This document shows, in pieces, positions 51,241-64,000 of a stretch of 64,000 nt of DNA (the stretch's first letter is position 1; the number at the start of each line of letters is the position of its first letter). The DNA is taken from NCBI GenBank assembly GCA_002633005.1, contig NMRA01000311.1:73839-137838 (forward strand), given 5' to 3'. Made by a program: the position numbers and the translations under genes. Origin of the DNA: Phoronis australis. Taxonomy: Eukaryota > Animalia > Phoronida. Below the pieces are notes generated by a model. That model did not search any database, had not been told where the DNA came from, and saw nothing but the letters and a program-made list of their open reading frames with translations.

Positions 51241-54200
51241 GACATAACTTCACTGTGTTACATCATAACATCTAGACTTTGTTTGCAAGCTTTGTGCTCA
51301 GGTTTTACACTCTGTCTCTTAATAAAAGTCTATTGAACCTTCCCATAACCATTTTTGCAGATAACATCATTAAATATTTTCTAAAGTCTCCTTCATAGTC
51401 ATTATTTTTGGAAATTCGTTTGGCGACTATTAAGCTAGTTTCCGGCCCGTACAAATGATCCCAATCAAAACCTCTGCAAAAACCATCAACTGTCTGGTAG
51501 AGAATTTTTATGAGAGTGGGCCTTTAACAGGTGCTTGGCTGGTTGGGGCCTATAAAATACTGTTAATGTTTTCTTAATAGATTTTATAGTTGGCGTAACC
51601 TCATATTAATATATTTATTACATAGGGAAACTAATCACGTCCTTGTTGAAGGAGGAAATATGTTGTAAGCTAACCTCAGTATTTTTTGTCTTGTTCTACT
51701 TTTGAAATTATTTTTATATTATTTTTGTTGTGTTGTAAGAGGACATTAGTGATCTTCAGTACCGTCTGGCTGAACTTCTGCTTTGTCCTTGTTTGGTGTT
51801 GGCAGTCGCATTTATGCTATGGAATTGAAATGAATTTTTATCTTCTATTATTTTGCCATGCAACTTTATTTAGAATATTATGCCATGATTGTGTACAAGT
51901 CTGAAGTTTAATGAAGCTAAGTAAATATAAATTTACACTTATTGAAAAATCTTTGCACATTGTATTTATAGATAACTAATTGAAAAAGCCTATGAACACT
52001 AGAACAGACGTGGTTCAAAGTAGTGAATGACTTTAATGTACCTATATTGTTTCCACAAGCACCGTGTATATTTTTGCTTGATAAGAAATGGAATCTGGCT
52101 GGCAAAAAGCAACTATTTATTGCGAGCACTCTTTGATTAGTGACTTTCCTATCAGTGGCAACATGATTATTTGATACAGAAGGAAACGTATGTGCAGCAC
52201 CTGTTTTGTTGGGAACATGGCGTCAGGTTTAACTGTGACTTAAACACATGCTGCATGTATCAAATGGGCAATTATATGGACTTCATTACTATCTGAGTAG
52301 ACTAATTAATTAAAGGATGTAGCTTTATACTGAGGTAACACAAAACCCCTATGTCACACAATGCTAATTTCTCATACAACAAATACAAAGCTAAAACTGT
52401 TCAGTATATGGGCGTGAGGGAATATGCTTTAATTTTGTGTCAAAGATTAACATAAGGTAATTTGCATGCCAACTGGAAGAAACATTTCTTTGGGATTTAA
52501 ACTTGACTAGTTATTTTTTATTAAAACTGCTGAAATCAGCTTTGCTTGGGTTTTTTCACATATTTCCGTGAGCTAAAAATTTTGCTAAGAAAATCTCAGG
52601 GAACAGCAGTAGTGGTATTCTGGATCCAAATAACTTGAGTGACTACAACAAATCACAAACATTTCTATCTGAGATGAGAGTAGGTTTTTAAATGCAGATA
52701 TCAATCTGGTTTATTGTTAAGCATCCCCCCACAGGCAAATTGTCTGCCATCCTTCACTGGATTCGATTTGGTGACATGCATGTCGCCAGTGCAACCTCAG
52801 ATTTTGTTTGGTGACCTGGTTAAAATCCCAGGTCACCATGAAGTTGCGCGCGCTCAAAATAAAAGTACTGTAAGAAGTAAAAAAGATGAAAGTAAGAATC
52901 GTATGGTTACAATCGGAGGGGTCCATTTGTGAGTCGTGCACAGGTAAGTGTGCCAATTGTCTGCTTTTGCCTTAGGTGAGCCTGCACGGGATAATGGACC
53001 TGATTACAAGGGACTGAGAAATGATCCAAGTTTCTAATGTCCAATATGTCCATCCTGGTTCAACACAAATTTTGGGTATTGAAGACTGGGATCAAGTTCC
53101 ATGAATATTTAGAGAGTTTTGACACCAAGGAATTATTGCAGTAAAATTTTATGATGTGGCTTGTTTGAGTGTTGTCATGATTGAGTTTGCAGTACATTAC
53201 ACTTAAATGTTTTTTTAGAAAGTTCATAGTGTTATTAGGAAACGAAATTGTCATTTCTTTATTTTTATCTCACAGTGCAACAGAAAATTATGTATTTTTT
53301 CTAGTCACAAATAATTTCTAACATTCATCAACTACAAATTGCTCACTATGAAAACTTGAGGCTGGGGTTTTTTGACTAATGTTTTTTATCTATAAACAAC
53401 TGGTAATCTAAAAAAATCTTGAGTTATCATATCAGTTCAATGTCTGTTTTTTGTTCGCTGGTTTTAATTTCTGAACATTACTGTATAAATTTTCACGCTT
53501 TGTTGCTTTTTGTGAGGTGGTTAGTGAAGATGTCTCAAATTCTAAATTGTTTATCTCAACAACCACCGGTGACACCTGTAGATATCGATGACAAACGACA
53601 ATAAAGAACAATGTCCTACACAAAAGACGGCTTGTGTGGTCAATGCGCTATCATAAACCTTTTAACAACATTAGATACATTTGCTTGACTTTCTCTCATC
53701 AGCTTGGTGCTGTATGTAGCTTAGAGGTAGGCATGTTAATGATCCTATCTACATCAATGCGGACATGTTACATGGCGATATAATTACCAGCACAAGCGCC
53801 AGACAAGTCAGTGACGACTGTTATAAAATGACAGACAAATTTATTGCGCCGCCGTGTGGAGGAAATTCTACAATAAAAGTTGAGTCAGTATAGGACACAC
53901 CTGTGACATTTGTACATCTCACCTTCCAAGTGGAACGTATCAAACAAATGATTCACTCAACACCTTTTCAAATGCTTCCAGAAACTAAATTTCAAAAGTG
54001 TTTTGGAAAGTGAAGTCAATTTTAAAACAAATAGAGAAAAGTGTTGTTTGGGACATTTGAATATTATTTTATTGATTCGTGAAGAAAACTTACTTGTCCT
54101 GTTTTAAATTAGGACTTTGCCAAAATAGTTTGTCTTGGTCGTGAATTTTAAATTGGAGTTGTCCTTTCGGTGTTTAGGTTACAGAAAGAACAATGGAAAC

Positions 54201-54472
54201 CAAATTTATTTAAGATGGGGAGGATTAGTGAGGGAGAACAGAATAATATGACCAATATACTTTTTAATGCTGTTTACTATAGGTCACTTAAGTACTGTCC
54301 ATGTACCTGAATGTGATGCTCCACCTATGTCTGGAATTAGGCACATGTTAATGTAGGCAAAAAGTTTTAGTAAAACAATGGAAACAAATTTGTGTAAGTG
54401 GAAATTCACTAAGTGGTCAATGTGGAAGTGTATTCAAGTTAACACTGGGCATTAAAACTGAATGAGTATTAA

Positions 54473-55993
54473 AGTCCTTGTTGAAAACTGCCCATGTGGT
54501 TCCAGTATCCGAAAATACTTACTACATAAATTCTTATTTTCGACACCCTTTCTTTATATTCTTTTCGCCTTTCTTGCCAAAAGCGATTTTGTAACAGTAT
54601 TTGACCCTTCTCTCTGAGCGTATGATTACCGGTTGCCTTCGGTTATTTCCGTACCCACATTTCCGGCTCATCAGTTCAGGAACTTGTCCTGAACGCCGCC
54701 ATTTTTTTCCTTGTAACTGAATGTGCTATGGCTTTCTCGAAAAGTCTTCATTATTTTGTTTTATTAGTAATGTATCGTGATTCGTTTGCATATGTAGTGT
54801 ATTTATAGTTTGTAGTTAGTGGTCGTTGATTTTTTTGGAATGTTACGCGTATTTAGTATGTTAAAATAGCATTGGTGTTTAGTTCCTTACGTAGGCCGGT
54901 CGAACCTAGGAACCAATATGGGTCNNNNNNNNNNNNNNNNNNNNNNNNNNNNNNNNNNNNNNNNNNNNNNNNNNNNNNNNNNNNNNNNNNNNNNNNNNNN
55001 NNNNNNNNNNNNNNNNNNNNNNNNNNNNNNNNNNNNNNNNNNNNNNNNNNNNNNNNNNNNNNNNNNNNNNNNNNNNNNNNNNNNNNNNNNNNNNNNNNNN
55101 NNNNNNNNNNNNNNNNNNNNNNNNNNNNNNNNNNNNNNNNNNNNNNNNNNNNNNNNNNNNNNNNNNNNNNNNNNNNNNNNNNNNNNNNNNNNNNNNNNNN
55201 NNNNNNNNNNNNNNNNNNNNNNNNNNNNNNNNNNNNNNNNNNNNNNNNNNNNNNNNNNNNNNNNNNNNNNNNNNNNNNNNNNNNNNNNNNNNNNNNNNNN
55301 NNNNNNNNNNNNNNNNNNNNNNNNNNNNNNNNNNNNNNNNNNNNNNNNNNNNNNNNNNNNNNNNNNNNNNNNNNNNNNNNNNNNNNNNNNNNNNNNNNNN
55401 NNNNNNNNNNNNNNNNNNNNNNNNNNNNNNNNNNNNNNNNNNNNNNNNNNNNNNNNNNNNNNNNNNNNNNNNNNNNNNNNNNNNNNNNNNNNNNNNNNNN
55501 NNNNNNNNNNNNNNNNNNNNNNNNNNNNNNNNNNNNNNNNNNNNNNNNNNNNNNNNNNNNNNNNNNNNNNNNNNNNNNNNNNNNNNNNNNNNNNNNNNNN
55601 NNNNNNNNNNNNNNNNNNNNNNNNNNNNNNNNNNNNNNNNNNNNNNNNNNNNNNNNNNNNNNNNNNNNNNNNNNNNNNNNNNNNNNNNNNNNNNNNNNNN
55701 NNNNNNNNNNNNNNNNNTTTTTTATCCCCGTTTGCTGGCTGGTAACAGTACAGGCACTGCTCCAGTCGCACTGACGGCGTTTTCTCGGCCTGGGTTCCTG
55801 AATGAATTGTACTTCTGGGTTCGCGGCAAGTTCAAAATGGCGGTGTTTCTTCGGGTGCGAATCGTGAGTGGCGCGTTCATTTAAACTGTTTTCGAGTACG
55901 GATCATGTATTAGTTATGGGGTAGGTACTTCTTGGATCCTTATAACATCTTCTAACCATGTAATAAGGGTTAACAACAAGTGAGAGAAGGACT
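54473..55993. mobile_element. Probable TTAA-flanked (Kolobok-like) element spanning the assembly gap
   Basis: TTAA|AGTCCTT ... AAGGACT|TTAA. The interior is CpG-richer than the flanks, but the TIR match is only 7 bp. Confidence 0.45.
54925..55717. other. Assembly gap (793 N)
   Basis: Run of N. Confidence 0.99.
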
Positions 55994-58900
55994 TTAAGAA
56001 TGGATTAACTGAAGCACAAATAATCCAATTTAAGACATGCCCACTTTCCAATACACAACACTGTTCCATTAAGATCAATCAGATACTTAGCCCTCTTTTG
56101 TGCAGTGGTATACACAAGTCAAGTCCCCTTATTGTGTTGCTTAATCAGGCTGGTACATATCAACAAAAGAACAGCAGTTGCAAGTCACATTATTTTTCAT
56201 ATCTTACATTGTAGTTAAGCAGATTTTTACCATTGAAATTATGAAAAAGTTCAATTTTCAATGATGGGTTCAGTTTTTATAGTGCCTACTGTCTAAAATG
56301 GACAGGAAAGAATGTTTGCCATGAACAGGTTGTGGTTATCATCAACACCCATCTCTGTTTTCTAATCCCCAAACTAAAGATCTTCTAACTCAGCTCCACT
56401 GACTTGTAGGTTCACCATGAATGCGACAAACTTGAGCAAAAACGCATCGTTTCAGATATAGGTGCATAAGCCTTCAGTAAAACTGTCCTTGACAAAAACT
56501 GTAATGAAAGGAAAGGAATCCGATTTTAAAGGTGCTGAAATAGCAAGCCTGTATATTAGCATTTTTTTATCAATGACCATTCCTAATCCATGTAATTGAT
56601 ATTAAAATCTCATTTTATGGTCAGGTGAAATAAGAGGCTTTGCACTCTAGTGGACGTCAGAAAGCGTGAACTGTTCACCCCAGAGTATCCATCCTCGGCA
56701 TATTCAAAGGTTTGTTGGCGCCGTCACAGATTGCAGTGAGCTTAGTCGCTATTCATGGGGTTAGTTGAACATGTTGGATGAGGTAATGACGATTGTAAAT
56801 CAACACGAGTTTCAAAGTTAAAAAACAGACAACATGACTTTTTAAAATTAAAAAGTAAATGGTATCCGACTTTGAATTTTTGATATTGATGCATTATAAA
56901 GAAACTAGTGAATAAGTTTTCTTCAACATTACATCTAAGCCACGAGTGTTAATTTGTGAGTTGATTAGCGGGAGGGTTAGTCACAGTCTGGCTTTGGCTG
57001 CTTAGTCGTTAGGGCAACAAACCCCAAATGTTAGCGTAAGAGTTGTCTCATGCATTTGTTATTTGTTTTTCTTTCAAAGTTCAAATGTGTTGCAAGGATT
57101 GCTCGCACATTCGTCCTTTCATGAAAATAAAGAGTTATTTCAAAATGATTACCATAGCTAGTTGCAAATGTCGTTTTAATTTGATGTTTTACAGGTAAGT
57201 TAACACCTGCATTGTCATTAATTTACATTGTTCGTGATTTTGACAAAGAATACGCACAAACTTGCATCAAACTTGGCAGGTCGTCAGTGAGTTCTGTAAA
57301 TGGTCCACATGTTAAAGGCACAGTTTGGTGATGACATGATTCATTTACCTGGAGGCTATTCAGCATTCATATGTGTTTCTGTAATGATATGTACTTTGAC
57401 TGCCTTGTCTGCAGAAAATAGCTGCAGAAAATGTTGCACATTTATTGTTTTAACACATGTGTCTTTCTCAGTCGCTTGACCATCAGTTGAAAAAGCTCAT
57501 TGTTTTGAATATTTTCATACTGTGTTAAAATTACCCATTAATTGTTTCTATTGTGTTAAACTGTCAGTTTGTACTGGCTTGTGTTTTTCCATCAAATAGT
57601 TTTCATTGTTGCTGTCACCAGTAACAAGTCACAATTATTAACCTTTCATTTCAAAAGTCATCAAACTGTGAACAACGTCACAAAAGTGTCAGGGGCACTG
57701 CTACCATTGCCAAATTTGCACATACTTTGACAAAAATTAGCAAATGAGTTTTCAATTGGAAGTTTTATTGTTCAAAACTTTTCTGTGAATTAGGCAATAA
57801 CAAATTTTTCGAAGTTCATATATACCATAAAATCGTTAGTTTTTCAAATATGACTCGTGAAGTATCACGTCTGCTTGTAATGAGCAGCCTTTGGTAATAA
57901 CTTGACTACCAAGACAAGGATGGGCGATGCAACCTATTTTAGGCTCATCGGAAGTTGTCACTGTATAATGACGCGTCTATGTTATTTCATAGTCGAAAAG
58001 TGGATCACAATAAGAACTGTCAAAACTTTTGTCAAAATCAAACTTTTTGACATGGTTTGCATGTCCTAGACAAACATGACCAACTAGGGTAGTAATTCTT
58101 CTATGAGCAATGTTGAAAAAAAAATTAGAGTAATTTTGTTATTTACATTGATTACATAACGGTTAAGTATTTGTTTTTATGCAAGTGTTCTTGAATTCCG
58201 GCAGAATTTTAAATGTTTTGGAATGTTTACGTTTAGCCATTGGTTTGCTTGCAGCTTTTTATTTTTTGATTCTTGACAAAATTTTATGCAATTATTTTTC
58301 AAATCGTTAAGTGAAATGCTTAGAACAAAAATGACGTATTACTGACATTCTACACTACAAGCCAAAAGTATTCAGACAAAATGACCCATAATTGTCATTG
58401 TCATGGTTGGGCTGAAACCAAGTTCATTATGAGATTGGTTTTCTATCCAGACTCCGAAAGAAGGGAAATTAACACAAAAGTTAGTAAGGAGGCAAAACCA
58501 TTCTATAATTATAATTTTGTCCTCATAGTAATTATTGCCAGTCATTTTTGATCTAAACTGAATTTGCCTTCGTGATGGGGAAACTGTATTTTGTCTGATT
58601 ACTTTTGTCTTGTACTGTATCTTATGGTATACTGAACAAAGTCTTACATTAGGTTTACCTACACCAGGTGTGATCCTCAATGTTGTAACCTGCCAATCAA
58701 GTCTCATTGAAAATTGAAGTTTATTCAATTTCATAAGCAGGTGTGTGCTGGAATTTGAATAATGAAGCCTCTTATGGAAACAGTGACTGCTGTTGTATAA
58801 ATACGTTGAGGTGTGTATGATTGTAACTGAGTTGTGTTTAGTTTGTACACACACTATAACATTAGAGGATATAAATTCATTGTATAACATTAGTGTTGTC

Positions 58901-59855
58901 CATGTTTCAATTTATTACAAATTAAGAAGAACTTGTTGAAGATGTTGCACCGGCCTGTTATAAACTCTGCTTCTGGCAAAACTTGACCTTTGATTTAGAA
59001 GACTTCATGCAGTATAGCTCAGGTTTCAAATCGTTCTCTTACTTGACTGAAGTGAATTCTGGACTCAAAATTTGGAAAGAACGTTCGTTTATGGTTTCGG
59101 TAAGAGACTTCCATTTTTGGTGACAGATCATGCAAATTTTCGTGAGATAGCATCTTATCTTTGAAATGATGTTCATGATAACATGAGCTGTCATTTATAA
59201 GATTCTTCAGTTATAGCTTTTGCAAACATCTGTATGGCAATAGGAATATTTTACAGCGCCCCCTGGAAGCCATATGTCACCATGTCAAAATCCCCAGGCT
59301 CCAATCCGTCTTGTGCATACAGCACTTGCCAAAAGTATTAAGACAAAATGACCCAGAATTCCCTGTCATGACAGTTTGGCAGGAGCCGGGTTCATTGTCA
59401 GACTAGTCTTCCTTCATTACTGAGAATTAACAGAGGAAAGTTAGTAAGGTGGCTAAGCCATTTTGTAATGAGAATTTGTCTACATGTGCACATGCATGTC
59501 ACATAATCTCATAGTGAAGTTAGCAGTGAGTTAGAATAGTTATTACCAGGCATTTTTATTGTTTACAGGATTAGCTTTGGTGACTGGGTAAACACTATTT
59601 TGTCAGATAACTTTTGTCTTGTACTGTATATGGCTAATCCAATGTCAAAGATGGACAGGTTTGGTTACAGCTTGCTCTTATCTCATCACAAACAGTGGTG
59701 AATAGGGGATTAATTTACAAATGCTTTAAACCTAAAATTTCAAGAAAGTTACTTCCATGGTGTTTTTCAGCTAGCAAAATAAGATTGCTGGATCCTCAGT
59801 TTCTTTAAAATGGGTGATTTCTTAACTGAAATCCCAACTAATATAAATATGCATA

Positions 59856-59927
59856 CTAAAGACTAAACTGAACTAAAGACTAAACTGAACTAAAGACTAA
59901 ACTGAACTAAAGACTAAAGACTGAACT
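59856..59927. repeat. 17-bp tandem repeat
   Basis: Unit ctaaagactaaactgaa. Confidence 0.85.
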
Positions 59928-59988
59928 CATAGCAAGTCATTATGTTCTTGTCAACCATTAAACAGATTTTTTGGCTTTGAATATACGG

Positions 59989-60191
59989 CAGAGGCGGATC
60001 TACAGGGGGTTCAGGGGTTCAAACCTCTCGGGACACGATCCAAAATAAAAATAAAAAAACTCACCAAAAAGAAACGAAATCAGCTGCTAAAGACCACAAA
60101 ATATCTTACACCTTCCTTCCCCTCGGTGCTACGCTTCTCAGATTCGCTCGAGGCCTAAACCCCCTTTACTGAAAACGTAGATCTGCCACTG
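59989..60191. mobile_element. hAT-like MITE (~200 bp)
   Basis: TIR cagaggcggatcta / tagatctgccactg; no clean 8-bp TSD. Confidence 0.55.
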
Positions 60192-63100
60192 ATAGGGAAC
60201 CATCACATGCAGAATCACGGGGACCTAAGAAACACTTTTGTATAAACTATAATGTATTGGAGCACAGAATTACATGCACTTAACTCGAGTTCACACAAAA
60301 AGCAGAACGGAAAGTGACAAGAATAACTTCGAGTTGGTTTCTAATAGGAAGATTGTACCCCTGGTCTTGGTGTCTGCACTAACAATTGCCTGGCAGTTCT
60401 CAACAAGTCACTGTGAAAATGGTACTTGTTACGCCTGTCTTAGCATGTGTTATAATAAGACAAGTGTATACCTCAAGGATTGTGTGGCATTGAAACTGTG
60501 TGGAACGGTCTGTGGAGGCATTCCTTGTTTGTTTTGTTTAAATTATGGATCGTTCCAGTTCAATCAATTTGACTTTTATATATTTTATATGATGTCGTGA
60601 AATTTCATTAATGGATATTGTAATACCATCATTATGTAATTTTACTAATTTAGTTATTTTGATAGATGAATACTATATTATTGTTCACATTCATATAATT
60701 GGCGGTAATAATTATATGAATGATTTTTGTGATGTTAAATCAACATGGGTGTTGTTCGCTAGGGAGCAAGTGTTGTTTATGCAGGTCTGCCCCAAGGCAA
60801 TACCTTTTTCACCAACCTCCACAGAATCAAAATGTCTTCCAGAAATGACGCCTAAGAGGGCAAAATGACCACCCGTATGGGCAGCAAGTCCCTAATGTCC
60901 ACTTCTGTGAGAAAGCCAGCCTGGGTTAATTATTCATCATGCCCAGTGGTCAATCTCAGGCCAGCAGTGGTCTGATGGTCAATACTACTGTTTACAGGGA
61001 CTGTCAATGACATCTCAGTAGTGCTGGCCCAAGGGGACATGGATTAACTCCTTAGCAGTCTGTTACAGGTAGTCTGTTGGCTTGTTTATTTGTCTGCTAC
61101 ACATACAAATGGGTTGGGAGAACATAATACAACCTGACTCCAGAACGGCTGGACAGCATTGTTACAGGCATATGTTCCTTTTCCACTCATTACTACTGGT
61201 TCATATGGTTCAGTAAATTTTGACTTCCTACCCCTCCCCCGAGTCAAGTTCATATTTGGGAGAAGGGTGTTGGAAGCAAATGTTTGCAAATTTAGATGCA
61301 ACATTAGTTGTTGATGACTTCTGGTTACTTCAGTGACACTTACCAATGTAGCAACAAGTCTATGCTTCACTAAAGATCTGTTTTGTGTTTTGTATAGAGC
61401 CCTCTGCCATGTTTAAGTCAACAAAATGTTCTCGTACTTTTCTTTTACCACTCCAATAGTGTTTTGAATAAGCAAAATTGTACATCCTCTAGAACATCAA
61501 AGGTGGTTGTATTTATTCAAAAAAATTAAAGCTTATTTTACACTAATAGTACACTAACCAGAAACTGAAACAGATAATTTAGGAGAGTGTCGGAGTTGTG
61601 AATCTGTTGTCTATAATCTATGGTGCAACAAATAACTCACTAGGACAAGTCAACATACATTCCTTTTGTTCCAGAGAACAATTTTCAAATGCAGATGTCA
61701 CTCTGGTCTATTATTGGGAGCTAGCACAGTTTCTAGTGAACTTATTGAGCTTGTGTCTGGTAAAATAATGAACTGCCTTTACTTAGACATGAAATTATCT
61801 TTTGTAAGGTCCAATCATTTGAATCCCAGGTTATTTTTCCGCAAGTGTTTATAAAGCAGTTCTATTTTTTAACACAAGGTAGAGACTTGTAGCCCACTTG
61901 TGAATATTGTGCCTTGAAAATGCATTGCATAAAAAATTAGCAACTATCAACCCATAACAGTGCCCATTTCCGGAAAGCTGGAGTCTAAAGTAAGTTTATT
62001 CATGCTGTTTACATCACTAGATGATGATGTTTTTGGAATTTCCATAACAAAAGATTTTTAATATAACTTTACTTTGTGTTGTTGTCAGTGTATGTTTTCC
62101 AACCTTTGAGTATACGTGTGTTGTTTCAATACCCTTCTCCTTTTTCGTCCATCAGTTCAATGAGTATTGTTTTTGTTTCTTCAGTACAGTGGCATGTTTG
62201 AATCGTGAGTTTTTCGCCTTGAATTTTTTCATTTTGGTGTGGGATTGGGCAAAGTAGAATCCCATCTTTCCTGGCGGCCATTTTGTTTCTTTGGTCTTCT
62301 ACTAGTCAAGTCATTTTGGTTTATTTGTTTTTTTTGCGATATTTTGTATTAATATCCTTATTATTATTTTGAGAATTCCTGGACAAACTCTACGGTATAC
62401 GGTAATAGTCACTGCATTTTGAGAACCAGTTTTCTCCATTGAACAAAACATCAAAGTGGTTCTCAAAATTCAGGACGCTTGTAAATGACTTGCGAATTGT
62501 CATCTTATCAAATCACAATTTTCCTTTTTATTGGGAATAGTTTGACATTTCAGAAAGTGTTTATTGATAAGTAAAGCTCGGAGGCTGTTTCACGTTGCTG
62601 ACGGTTCAAATAAGTTTTAGAGAAATCTGATTGTCACAATACTTTTCACAGGAGTGGAAGTAATAGGCTATCATTGCAAAAAATACATACGTCACAGTAA
62701 TTATTAAATTAATGTGTTTGTCAAAGTCATCTGTCAAGCAGACCATTGTGATTAAGCATGTTAGAATCAGCTAAATATATTATGATTAAGTTAAGGTATG
62801 TTATGAGTGTATTGTTATGCATTCATGTATTGTTATGCATTGATGTATTGTTATGCATTGATGTATTACATTTTTCTGGTGTCAAAACATTCGTCATGTA
62901 ATTTTCCATTTGTCTTGGCAATGTGTGTTTTTCGAGTAGATGAACCAGAGATTATGCAAATTTAAGACACATTAATGTGACAGAACATTGTGTTTGTGAA
63001 GTGTTGCAAGAACAAGCCCAACCTTTTACCTGTATGTTGGTGAAAAATGAACCTTGTTTCCGGAAGGTAGATATTTCACGCTACATAATCGTGTTTTTCT

Positions 63101-64000
63101 ACATGTTAGTGATTACTTGAGAAGTGATTAGGAACATGTTTTGCACTGTTAATATGTCCTGCGCCACTGTTAATATGTCCCGCGCTTCTTGTTTGTTCTT
63201 GTAGTAAGTGTCAAAACCAAAGAATAAGAGAATAAATGTTCTGCATGTACTGTTAGTCTTCCCACCCTTATACACTTGAGGTGAAAAATATGAAAATGAT
63301 AACACAACCAAATTATATGGCACTTAGAATGCGATAGCCCTACTAATCCATTGGCATTAATTTTTTTGCGTCTTGCTCAGAAAATTTGAAGCTAAGATGA
63401 AAATTTGTAGATTTGCAACTTTGAAAACTCACCAGTCACAGAAATATAGTATAAGTGGTTACTCTGTATTTTGCTCTTTTTGTTTTAGTTCCTTGTGCAC
63501 ATTTTAGAGGTGAGTCTTCCCTGGTGATTCATTTACGAATTTTCAACATTTCCACCCACAATCCAGTAATTTTTAAGACAAGTTAGTGCACATTATTATC
63601 CATGGTACATTACACTCTAGGTATCAAAAAACATACGTAAACTATATTAAGCTATGCTCAGCTTAACTGGACAGAGTAATTGGTCTCTGTTGAATGTATT
63701 GAAGGCACTAACTGCTTCCTCGCAACTTTTCTATACATATGCAATCTTACTAAAATGTCCACAGTCACATTGTGAGGTATTTTGCATAATTTTTCTCTAT
63801 GAATTCGAAAAGCATGTCGAAAGTGACTCCATTTCAGAGTTAAAATTTGTGTTGTTTCTAGTTCTACTAAAACATCTAAGTTATATCTCAGGTCTAAGAT
63901 TATGTAATTAGTCTTGTTATTGTACATTAGCAAGATACACAATGTCAATTACTGACCGAGCTAATTAAGTATGCGCATACAGCCTTTGCACTTTCTCTTT

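Noticed and set aside
54872-55774. Long ORFs of 275-300 aa in the ORF track
   Set aside because: Artefacts of translating the N gap.
58372-58890. 172-aa ORF on the minus strand
   Set aside because: Non-ATG start, no recognisable motifs, and it overlaps a degenerate duplication whose second copy shows no equivalent ORF in the track.

Overview
Eukaryotic (animal, invertebrate-like, AT-rich) genomic DNA, not prokaryotic. The first ~26 kb hold one complete multi-exon gene on the + strand. It has 16 coding exons (4210-25768), all with GT-AG junctions and consistent phases, and encodes an ~856-aa CLC-family chloride transporter of the ClC-6/7-related branch with two C-terminal CBS domains and unusual signature motifs (SSGIPE, GPEGP, GLVVP). 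The surrounding and intronic DNA is rich in transposons: (1) a young 603-bp miniature LTR retrotransposon (TRIM) whose LTRs contain a tRNA-like Pol III module, nested in an older repeat that has an empty-site paralogue in the same window; (2) two nearly identical 1746-bp non-autonomous DNA elements with different 2-bp TSDs in adjacent introns; (3) a TTAA-flanked Kolobok-type element carrying a THAP-domain remnant; (4) several MITEs and minisatellites. From ~30 kb to 64 kb I found no credible coding exons. That stretch contains repeats, a 793-N gap and a probable assembly overlap. All coordinates were read by eye and may be off by a few bases, especially repeat edges.
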